64,000 nucleotides of DNA from Escherichia phage vB_EcoS_MM-2. Positions 8,703 to 16,299 of this stretch are shown piece after piece. How positions within the stretch are numbered: position 1 is the first letter of the stretch; the number at the start of each line of letters is the position of its first letter. Below the pieces are notes generated by a model. The model was not told the DNA's origin. It saw only the letters and a list, made by a program, of their open reading frames with translations, and made no database searches. The position numbers were made by a program, and so were the translations under genes. The DNA is taken from sequence record PV577658; one strand, given 5' to 3'.

Positions 8703-9113
8703 ATGACTACTCCAACTCAGTGGACTGATGAACTGTTCGAAAAAATGTCTTCCGAATACGTTGCTCGTATGGAGCAATTCCCAGAGGATGAACGTCCGGG
8801 TGTTAGCATGGAAATTGTTAGCGAAATTGCCCAGGAAAATGGTGTAACTCCGAACGGTTTTCGTATGAAGCTGACTAAAGCAGGTTTGTATATCAAGAAA
8901 GCTGCTGGCTCTGCTTCTAAATCTAGCGCATCTACTGGAGAAAAGGCTTCTGGTGGTTCTCGTACCTCCAAAGCTCAAGCTCATGCCGATCTTCGTTCAG
9001 CATTCTCTGATGCTGGCTTAGCACCGGATTTTCTGGATGATGCAATTATCGATAAACTGACCGGTAAAGCGGCTGCTCATCTGGCAGAAGCAATCCGAGC
9101 TATCACTAAGTAA
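8703..9113 (+). CDS. putative DNA-binding protein with HTH-like module, strongly codon-biased
   Basis: MEIVSEIAQENGVTPNGFRMKLTKAGL resembles the repeated module in ORF 12111..12878; CTG/GCT/CGT-rich codon usage. Confidence 0.4.
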   Translation: MTTPTQWTDELFEKMSSEYVARMEQFPEDERPGVSMEIVSEIAQENGVTPNGFRMKLTKAGLYIKKAAGSASKSSASTGEKASGGSRTSKAQAHADLRSAFSDAGLAPDFLDDAIIDKLTGKAAAHLAEAIRAITK

Positions 9114-9149
9114 TTTTTAGATAAATCCACCAACAAAAGGAACACAGTT

Positions 9150-9446
9150 ATGACCAAAGCTGAAATTATCGCACAATGTGAAAAATTTGGTGAGTTTTAT
9201 CTTCATTACGAGAAACTTCGTCAGAAAGGAACCACGTATCTTCAGGGTACGATGGAATTTGATCCAGCCCAAGATAAATATCTAGCTGAGCGTATTAAAC
9301 GTGAACGTATTCGTAAAGCGAAAGATGATGAGATCCTTGTCTTCTCTCGTACTAATGATAGCTTCCGTTTTATTCCTGTCGAAAAAGTCCGTCGTGTGAC
9401 TAGCCTCCAATCAGAGTTAGATCGTGCTTCTCCAGTAGGCCGATAA
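9150..9446 (+). CDS. hypothetical protein
   Basis: Track ORF followed by a terminator hairpin. Confidence 0.4.
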   Translation: MTKAEIIAQCEKFGEFYLHYEKLRQKGTTYLQGTMEFDPAQDKYLAERIKRERIRKAKDDEILVFSRTNDSFRFIPVEKVRRVTSLQSELDRASPVGR

Positions 9447-9456
9447 GAAACCAATT

Positions 9457-9478
9457 AGCCCCTATATGGGGCTTTTTG
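9457..9478 (+). terminator. rho-independent terminator
   Basis: agcccc-tatat-ggggct hairpin followed by ttttgtg. Confidence 0.6.
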
Positions 9479-9496
9479 TGTATTTGGGATATGTAA

Positions 9497-9805
9497 ATGA
9501 GCGAACAGGTAAATCAAAACTATGAAGGACACGTTGATGACCAGTCCATCATACTTTGGGAGAAGGAGGGAGAACAAGTAAGATTAACAGTATCTGAATT
9601 TCGTGGGAATCTATACATGGGTATTCGTTACTGGCTTCTTGATATTAATGATGAGTGGTTTCCAACGAAATCTGGCTTCTCTTTTCCTTACACCCTAGAA
9701 ACAACATCACAGCTTTTCTATGCGTTTACACAGATTCTTAGCGAATCTGAGGTTTTACATGAAGTACAGAAACGAGCTGAAGAACTCAAAGCCAAGAATG
9801 CCTAG
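9497..9805 (+). CDS. hypothetical protein
   Basis: Track ORF; stop codon lies in the loop of the following terminator hairpin. Confidence 0.4.
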   Translation: MSEQVNQNYEGHVDDQSIILWEKEGEQVRLTVSEFRGNLYMGIRYWLLDINDEWFPTKSGFSFPYTLETTSQLFYAFTQILSESEVLHEVQKRAEELKAKNA

Positions 9806-9818
9806 TTCTTGGCTTTTT
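9791..9818 (+). terminator. rho-independent terminator
   Basis: gccaagaa-tgcctag-ttcttggc (8-bp stem) followed by tttttcttt. Confidence 0.6.
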
Positions 9819-9832
9819 CTTTATAAATGTAC

Positions 9833-9880
9833 TTGCTTTCAACTCAGTTTTGTTATATAATATTTATATAAATTAATGAG
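9833..9880 (+). promoter_or_regulatory. early promoter (TTGCTT-17-TATAAT)
   Basis: ttgctt..tataat then atttatataaattaatgagag downstream box. Confidence 0.55.
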
Positions 9881-9891
9881 AGGGTTGCAAA

Positions 9892-10164
9892 GTGAAAAAG
9901 ATAAGTATAAGTACACTTAAACCTTTCCCGTACATCGGACAGCCTCTTATACTTATGTGGGAGGAGAAGATTAATGGGGAAAAGTATACTAAAACTAGAA
10001 GTGGGTATAAGCTGACTTCACTTCATTACGAAAAAGAAGTATTAGTAGCTGAAATATACTCTCCGTTGTCAGATAGGCTAGTAAAAACTACATATTTGCA
10101 TCGTTGCAAAAATTATACATGGCACGGATCCACTAGACAACCCTCATACTGTGAGGCAGAATAA
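9892..10164 (+). CDS. hypothetical protein (GTG start)
   Basis: Track ORF beginning at gtgaaaaag. Confidence 0.35.
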   Translation: MKKISISTLKPFPYIGQPLILMWEEKINGEKYTKTRSGYKLTSLHYEKEVLVAEIYSPLSDRLVKTTYLHRCKNYTWHGSTRQPSYCEAE

Positions 10165-11136
10165 ATGACCAATGTAAAAGACTTTATTAAACGCTGTCAA
10201 GAAGCATATTATCAAGGTATGTCTTTAATCTCTGACGAAGAATATGATCGTCTGATTAAAAGATTTCCGTTAGAAGAAGAGATCGGGCCTAAGGGCGATA
10301 TTCCACATCTGTATCGTATGTATTCTTTACAGAAAGTTTATTATAATCGTGGAGATAAACCCCCGTTTAACCCATTAGGTCAGGTAGAAACTGATAAGTT
10401 AGATGGTTGTGCAATTTCTCTGTTATATATTAATGGCGAATTTGTTCAAGCACTAACTCGTGGTAACGGTATTCTAGGGAATGATGTCACAAGCAACGTA
10501 AGATTGCTGAACATCCCTAAAAAGATTTCCCAAAAAGTACCTACTCAAATCACTGGTGAAGTTCTAATTACAAAAGAAGTAGAAAATAAACGTAACTTTG
10601 CCTCTGGTGCTATTAACCTCAAAGATAGTGATGATTTTGTACAACGTATCGGAGAAGGTGGTTTAATCTTCGTTGCATATGGTATCCAGTGTTCTGCTGA
10701 ATCTGTAGGTATTACAGAAGCATATTTAAAAGATATGCTTTGGCTGGAGAATGAGAACTTCTTAACAGTTGTTAATGTGCGTTCTTTCTTTAAATGGATT
10801 CCGACGGACGGTAAAGTTGTTCGTATTAATGATAACAACAAATTCTTCCGTGAAGGCTGGACTAATAAATTCCCTCGTGGAGCATTCGCTATTAAAGAGG
10901 ATGAAGAAGGCGAGATTACAACTCTTACTAAAGTTGAATGGCAGGTAGGAGCTTCTGGTAAAGTAACTCCAGTTGGTTATTTCGAACCGGTAATTATTGA
11001 TGATGCTACAATTGTTAAAGCGACTCTTAATAACGTTGATTATATTAACTCTCTTGATCTAGAGATCGGTTGCCAGATTCGAGTGATTCGTGCTGGTGGT
11101 GTAATCCCGTGCATAGTAGAGCGAGTATATGATTAA
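10165..11136 (+). CDS. ligA: NAD-dependent DNA ligase, N-terminal subunit (adenylation domain)
   Basis: KxDG adenylation motif (TDKLDGCAIS), LTRGNG, and LigA-like layout. Confidence 0.75.
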   Translation: MTNVKDFIKRCQEAYYQGMSLISDEEYDRLIKRFPLEEEIGPKGDIPHLYRMYSLQKVYYNRGDKPPFNPLGQVETDKLDGCAISLLYINGEFVQALTRGNGILGNDVTSNVRLLNIPKKISQKVPTQITGEVLITKEVENKRNFASGAINLKDSDDFVQRIGEGGLIFVAYGIQCSAESVGITEAYLKDMLWLENENFLTVVNVRSFFKWIPTDGKVVRINDNNKFFREGWTNKFPRGAFAIKEDEEGEITTLTKVEWQVGASGKVTPVGYFEPVIIDDATIVKATLNNVDYINSLDLEIGCQIRVIRAGGVIPCIVERVYD

Positions 11137-11187
11137 TACATAGCCCTTTGCTACCCATCTACCATATCGGAATTATAAAGTGGTTAT

Positions 11188-11215
11188 TGACATTTTCGCC
11201 GCTTAGGTATATACT
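11188..11215 (+). promoter_or_regulatory. promoter-like element in the ligase inter-ORF spacer (TTGACA ... TATACT)
   Basis: ttgacattttcgccgcttaggtatatact. Confidence 0.4.
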
Positions 11216-11279
11216 ATTATCATTCAGTTGAGGGATAGAAAGTTATGGCGAGGGTAAGCAAAGTTAGTTAAAATTGTAG

Positions 11280-11330
11280 TTGCTAAATGCTTAAATACTT
11301 GTTATAATATTTATATAAATTGATAAGGAA
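11280..11330 (+). promoter_or_regulatory. early promoter (TTGCTA-17-TATAAT) upstream of the ligase C-terminal subunit
   Basis: ttgcta..tataat then atttatataaattgataagg; same family as the 9833 promoter. Confidence 0.55.
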
Positions 11331-11335
11331 GAAAT

Positions 11336-12118
11336 TTGATGAAAATCGAAATTCCAACACAATGTCCCTCTTGTGGTTCTAAGCTAGATCTTGTCAACGG
11401 ACAATTATTTTGTCGGAATAAGTCCAACTGTCCAGCGCAATCAAGTAAGTTAATTGAGAACTTCTGTACAAAAATGAAGTTAAAGGGCTTTGGTCCAAAA
11501 ACTATTGAAAAGCTGGAGCTGACGAAGATCTCAGAACTATTTTACCTAACCGAAGAAGATTTGGTTAGAGCCGTGGGTAGCAAGGTTGCCGCTAAGTTAA
11601 TTAGCGAATTAAATACTAAAGTTCGCGGAGACATTGACTTTGGTTCAGTTCTCGGTTCTTTAGGAATCCCTCTAATTGGAGAGGTTGCAGCAAAGAAATT
11701 ATCCCAAAATTGCACTAGCTTCCACGATGTGAAGGCTGACGGCAAGGCTGGAGAAAACTACAAAGCCTGGCTAAATTCCCCGCAAGGCAAGGATGTTATC
11801 GAACTACCGTGGAAATTCTCAACTGGTATTAAGGGCACTAAAGCTGACGTCATCATTACAGATGAATTAGTTGCCCAGCCAAATGGAATCGCGGTATGTA
11901 TTACCGGATCTTTGCAAGATTTTGCAAATCGAACGGATGCAACAAACTATTTAGAAAGTCTAGGGTATACGGTTAAGAAATCCGTTACCAAAGACGTAAA
12001 ATACCTGATCTGTGAGGATGAATCAAAACGTTCTTCCTCATCTTATAAGAAAGCCGAAACGAATGGGATAGAAATCCTGTCGATTAAAGAACTATTGGAG
12101 AAAAATAATAATGTCTAA
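11336..12118 (+). CDS. ligB: NAD-dependent DNA ligase, C-terminal subunit (Zn finger, HhH, BRCT-like)
   Basis: CPSCGSKLDLVNGQLFCRNKSNCPAQ Cys4 zinc finger typical of LigA; likely ATG at ~11339. Confidence 0.7.
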   Translation: MMKIEIPTQCPSCGSKLDLVNGQLFCRNKSNCPAQSSKLIENFCTKMKLKGFGPKTIEKLELTKISELFYLTEEDLVRAVGSKVAAKLISELNTKVRGDIDFGSVLGSLGIPLIGEVAAKKLSQNCTSFHDVKADGKAGENYKAWLNSPQGKDVIELPWKFSTGIKGTKADVIITDELVAQPNGIAVCITGSLQDFANRTDATNYLESLGYTVKKSVTKDVKYLICEDESKRSSSSYKKAETNGIEILSIKELLEKNNNV

Positions 12119-12878
12119 ACTGAACTGGAACGTAGAAGGTGTAACCGAGTCTCTGAAAGCAAAAGCCACTGCTCTGGGTGTTTCTGTAATCTCTCAAGAA
12201 CAAGTAGCTGCTATCGCTGCTGAACTGGCTGCTGAAACTGGCAAAGATGTTACTGCTCGCTCTGTTGGCTCTAAACTGCGTAAAGAAGGTTTTGAAGTAC
12301 AGAAAGCTAACGAAGTACAGAAATCCCCGTGGACTCCTGAGCAGGAAGCTGAACTGGTTGATTTCCTGAACGCTCATGCTGGTCAGTATACCTATGCTGA
12401 AATCGCTGCTGCTGTAGCTGGTGGTCAGTTCGGTGCTAAACAGGTACAGGGTAAGATCCTGAGTCTGGAAATGACCGCTTCTGTTAAACCAACTGAAAAA
12501 GCTGCTGCTGTTCGTTCCTTTACTCCGGATGAAGAAACTGATTTTGTTAATCAGGTTGTTGCTGGTGCTACTATTGAAGCTATCGCTGCTCACTTCGGTC
12601 GTAATATCAAGCAGATCCGTGGTAAAGCTCTGAGCCTGCTTCGTGAAGGTCGTATCGCTGCTATGCCGGTACAGGAAACTTCCAGTGCTAAAACTCGTGA
12701 AGATCTGTTAGAAGGTCTGGATCTGGTTAACATGACTGTTGCTGAGATCGCTGAGAAAACTGGTAAGTCTGAGCGCGGTGTTAAATCTATGCTGTCTCGT
12801 CGTGGTCTGGTTGCTAAGGACTATGATGGTGCCGCTAAGCGTGCTAAACTGGATGCAAAAGCTGCGGCTGCTGAATAA
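12111..12878 (+). CDS. abundant DNA-binding protein with four tandem HTH-like repeats (possibly D5-like)
   Basis: Four ~30-aa repeats of the form (V/Y/I)..(I/Q)(A/V)A..(A/G)....G.......G(S/K).L...G; strong codon bias suggesting high expression. Confidence 0.45.
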   Translation: MSKLNWNVEGVTESLKAKATALGVSVISQEQVAAIAAELAAETGKDVTARSVGSKLRKEGFEVQKANEVQKSPWTPEQEAELVDFLNAHAGQYTYAEIAAAVAGGQFGAKQVQGKILSLEMTASVKPTEKAAAVRSFTPDEETDFVNQVVAGATIEAIAAHFGRNIKQIRGKALSLLREGRIAAMPVQETSSAKTREDLLEGLDLVNMTVAEIAEKTGKSERGVKSMLSRRGLVAKDYDGAAKRAKLDAKAAAAE

Positions 12879-12885
12879 TCTGGTA

Positions 12886-12930
12886 AATTAAACCTAAGGG
12901 GAGGGGGCTATGCTCCTTCCCCTTTTTGCA
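12886..12930 (+). terminator. possible attenuating terminator hairpin
   Basis: G/C-rich imperfect hairpin aaggggaggggg..tccttcccc followed by tttttgc. Confidence 0.35.
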
Positions 12931-14433
12931 TTTAGAAGGCACGAAAGCGTGCAAAGGAGAATGACCTTGTTTAACGTGCAAGCTGTAGTGTTGAAGATGC
13001 TTCTAGCTTCTGAACAGAAGCAAATAGCATTGGAAACATTCTCAAAACTGCATAAAGATCATTTTAATGACGCTTTCTCCTCAATTTACCAAGCCGTCCA
13101 GAATTATTATAAAAAATATAACACAATGCCGTCCATTGACGCACTGATGCTTGAGGCTAATAGGAACGCCCGCCTTTCTCAAGCTCTAGTCGTTTTAGCT
13201 AACACTCAAATTCCAGAAGTGAGCATGGAACAGGCACTTGAAGTCCTAGAGGCCGAATATACACAGGATTTATTCCTAAAGCTTCTAGAAACAGACGTGC
13301 TTCAAGATTTAACAATGCTGGATCAGGGAGAAATTCTCAACCGAGTTGCCTCCCTTCACTTAAAATTAGAAGAGAAAGTAACGAATACTGGAAAAGTATT
13401 CAACGCAGATAACATGCGTATTTTCCAGAGAGAAGAAGATACCAAACTGAACCTAATCGCTCTTGGTATTTGTAATGAGTTCGACGCTCAAATTGGTTTA
13501 GCTCGCACAGAAACGTTACTGCTTGGTGGTTGGCGTGGTACTGGTAAATCCATTATCTGTTCAAACATACAGGTTCAGCAATATTTGAATGGAGATATTG
13601 CTCCATACTTCTCAATTGAGATGAAAGAACATGAAGTATTTAGACGTAATCTAGCCATGCTAGCTGGTGTATCAGCACTAGCAATGCGTAATAATACTCT
13701 AGAAGGTGCAGCTCTGTTGAGACTAGCCAGAACTAGAGCTAGGATGTTCAACGGTGGTGAAGAGCTTTTCGATAACTTCGTTAAACAGTATACAATGGCT
13801 AAGATGAGTGATTTCTACGATATGGAGAGTAAGCTAATAGAAGGGTATGAGCTACATACTCCTATGATTATTGTTTATGACCCTGAGTTGTCTATTACAA
13901 CAGTTGACGTAGAATTAAATAAATTAGTTGCTAGATATGGTGATAAAGTTACAGTAGCTCTACTTGACTATATTAACCAAACCCGACTTCCAGACTCTAA
14001 AACCATTGATATGTATGACTGGAAAGAACAGATGGTTGTTAGCTCGTCTTTCAAATCTATCTGCCAGAAACATAACGTGGCTGGCGTAGCTCCTTACCAG
14101 ATCGATCAAGACGGTAGAACACGTATGTCAAAGGGGATTCTTGATTCCGCAGACATGGCTGCTAATCTTAATGCTGCAAAAGCTGATAATGGTCAAGGTG
14201 CTATTATGTTTGACTTCGTTAAGACTCGTTCTTCTGATAGCGTGAAGTTTATGCCTAAAATGAACTGGGAAACTCTGCGAATGGATAACACTACCAACCT
14301 AGCAATGGAAGATATATCTCAAATGGAAGCTGAGTTCGTTATCCCTATTGAGAAGGATAAGCCGGCTCAACCTAAACGTGCTAAGAAAGACAAAGCTGAA
14401 AATTCAACAGGTGAACAGGCCAGCGATATATGA
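12910..14433 (+). CDS. DnaB-like replicative helicase (likely start at Met ~12961)
   Basis: Walker A-like GGWRGTGKS; RecA-like C-terminal region; AAGGAG RBS before the internal Met. Confidence 0.65.
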   Translation: MLLPLFAFRRHESVQRRMTLFNVQAVVLKMLLASEQKQIALETFSKLHKDHFNDAFSSIYQAVQNYYKKYNTMPSIDALMLEANRNARLSQALVVLANTQIPEVSMEQALEVLEAEYTQDLFLKLLETDVLQDLTMLDQGEILNRVASLHLKLEEKVTNTGKVFNADNMRIFQREEDTKLNLIALGICNEFDAQIGLARTETLLLGGWRGTGKSIICSNIQVQQYLNGDIAPYFSIEMKEHEVFRRNLAMLAGVSALAMRNNTLEGAALLRLARTRARMFNGGEELFDNFVKQYTMAKMSDFYDMESKLIEGYELHTPMIIVYDPELSITTVDVELNKLVARYGDKVTVALLDYINQTRLPDSKTIDMYDWKEQMVVSSSFKSICQKHNVAGVAPYQIDQDGRTRMSKGILDSADMAANLNAAKADNGQGAIMFDFVKTRSSDSVKFMPKMNWETLRMDNTTNLAMEDISQMEAEFVIPIEKDKPAQPKRAKKDKAENSTGEQASDI

Positions 14434-14963
14434 TAACACAGGAAAGGCTAAAAGAGTTATTTGATTACTCCCCAGGAACTGGGGAGTTTACTAGAAAAGT
14501 ATCTAGAGGTAATCAGAAAGCTGGTAGTATAGCTGGTTCTTTAAGAAAAGATGATTATATATGTATATGGGTAGATGGAAAGCCTTACTATGCGCATCAA
14601 CTAGCTTTTCTCTATATGGAAGGTTATTTACCTGAAGAAGTAGACCATATAAACCGTATACGAAGTGATAATCGTTGGGTTAACCTTAAAGATTCTTCTC
14701 ACCAAGAGAATAGCAGGAATAAAGCAGCTAAAAGTAAATCAGGGTATATAGGAGTTAGTTGGAATAAACAAAGGCAAAAATGGCAAGTTCAACTAAGAGA
14801 TACCAATAAAAAGAAAATATTCGGTGGATATTTTGAGTACCAGAATTTAGAATCAGCAGTAGATAAGATTAATAATCTACGATTACAATTTCATGGGGAA
14901 AATGCTATTCAAGAAATATTCGACCCGTCTAATTATCCTGCATTAGAGGAGATAAATTCATGA
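14430..14963 (+). CDS. HNH homing endonuclease with AP2-like domain
   Basis: EVDHINRIRSDNRWVNLKDSSHQEN (HNH); GYIGVSWNKQRQKWQ (AP2-like); ATGA overlaps with both helicase stop and primase start. Confidence 0.7.
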   Translation: MITQERLKELFDYSPGTGEFTRKVSRGNQKAGSIAGSLRKDDYICIWVDGKPYYAHQLAFLYMEGYLPEEVDHINRIRSDNRWVNLKDSSHQENSRNKAAKSKSGYIGVSWNKQRQKWQVQLRDTNKKKIFGGYFEYQNLESAVDKINNLRLQFHGENAIQEIFDPSNYPALEEINS

Positions 14964-15850
14964 GTAGAATAACAGAATTACTTGATCTTAAGGGAATTGA
15001 GTATAAAGATACTGGTGGAGATATTTTAATCTGTTGCTTAAATCCATATCATGATGATAAACACCCAAGTTTGCGTATTGATCCTGAAACCGGGATTATG
15101 CACTGCTTGAGTTGCGGTTTTGGCAAAGGTATACCTAGTATTTATCATTATTTTAATGAGACTCAATATAGACAATCTCCAAGACTATCCCAAGTACGTA
15201 AAAAGATTTCAGAGATTAGAAATGGATCTACGAATCTTGCAATCCCAGAATCTGCCTGCCTTTTCGAAGGTGATTTCCGAGGTATAAGTTCTAAGACCTT
15301 GAAGAAATATTTTGCTTTCCAACACCAAGAGAACTGGGAAGGCAGAATTGTATTCCCAATCACAGATGCTGTTGGACGCAATATCCTATTTTTGGGTCGT
15401 TCTATAAACAGTTCTGCCCCTCCTAAATACTTAGTAAAACCAAAACAGGTTTCACCACCAATTTTCCCTGTACGATATAATACTCCAGTTCTTATTCTAG
15501 TTGAAGGTATCTTTGATATGCTGAACCTAGAGGATAGTGGTATAGACTATGCTTCTTGCTGCTTTGGTACACATCAGTTTACTTCAGACAACATTGCAGA
15601 TAAGTTCAGTCCGTACATTATTGCTGGTGTTAAAGTTGTTGTTATCTTACTAGATAATGATGCTTCTGGTAATAAAGCTGCACAAGCACTGGCCAAGCTA
15701 ATTCGTACAAAAACGCGTTTAACACCTGTAGTTGCTAACTTTCTTCTGCCTGAAGGTAAAGACCCAGGTGACTTAAATAAAGAAGAAATTGATATGTTAG
15801 CAAAACGTATTGAAATTTTAGTTGCTGAATCGCTTAAAGATTTGGTATAA
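14960..15850 (+). CDS. DnaG-like DNA primase (zinc-binding domain plus TOPRIM)
   Basis: CCLNPYHDDKHPSLRID...HCLSCGFGKG zinc-binding motif; TOPRIM LVEGIFDMLNL and LLDNDASG. Confidence 0.7.
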   Translation: MSRITELLDLKGIEYKDTGGDILICCLNPYHDDKHPSLRIDPETGIMHCLSCGFGKGIPSIYHYFNETQYRQSPRLSQVRKKISEIRNGSTNLAIPESACLFEGDFRGISSKTLKKYFAFQHQENWEGRIVFPITDAVGRNILFLGRSINSSAPPKYLVKPKQVSPPIFPVRYNTPVLILVEGIFDMLNLEDSGIDYASCCFGTHQFTSDNIADKFSPYIIAGVKVVVILLDNDASGNKAAQALAKLIRTKTRLTPVVANFLLPEGKDPGDLNKEEIDMLAKRIEILVAESLKDLV

Positions 15851-15876
15851 TAGTCCTAAATAACTGAGGAGTTACT

Positions 15877-16206
15877 ATGGAATATGTATATATTTATGCG
15901 GATGTTCCAGTGTATGATAGTATAACACACAAAGAGGTTAAACTAGAGCGGTTTACAACACTGGAGTCCCTTAACAAACGAAAGAATTTCCATTTATTTG
16001 GTGATCCTAAATTACCTGCATCTTATATTTACTTTAAAGTAAAAGATACAGGTCAAGAGGTATACCTAACATATGATTGGGCTGTTGTAGAAAATACTGA
16101 GCAATCTATGAAAGCGCTAGATGCTTTTCTGCGCATAGATGAAGAATTTCGGGTACTAGAAAAGCAGCGCAATGAAATGCGTAAATTACTTCACACATAT
16201 AAATAG
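15877..16206 (+). CDS. hypothetical protein
   Basis: Track ORF with RBS GAGGAG. Confidence 0.4.
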   Translation: MEYVYIYADVPVYDSITHKEVKLERFTTLESLNKRKNFHLFGDPKLPASYIYFKVKDTGQEVYLTYDWAVVENTEQSMKALDAFLRIDEEFRVLEKQRNEMRKLLHTYK

Positions 16207-16208
16207 TA

Positions 16209-16240
16209 TTTGCTATTATCCCAATATTTTGATATAATAT
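16209..16240 (+). promoter_or_regulatory. early promoter (TTGCTA-18-TATAAT) upstream of the DNA polymerase gene
   Basis: ttgctattatcccaatattttgatataat. Confidence 0.5.
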
Positions 16241-16299
16241 ATTGGTAAGTTAGAGAAGAAACACTGAAGTTATACTTACTTACCAAGAGGAGATTAAAT

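Noticed and set aside
12084-12593. 169-aa minus-strand ORF antisense to the HTH-repeat protein gene
   Set aside because: Arises from the strong codon bias of the sense gene; Ser/Phe-rich low-complexity product; no start context.
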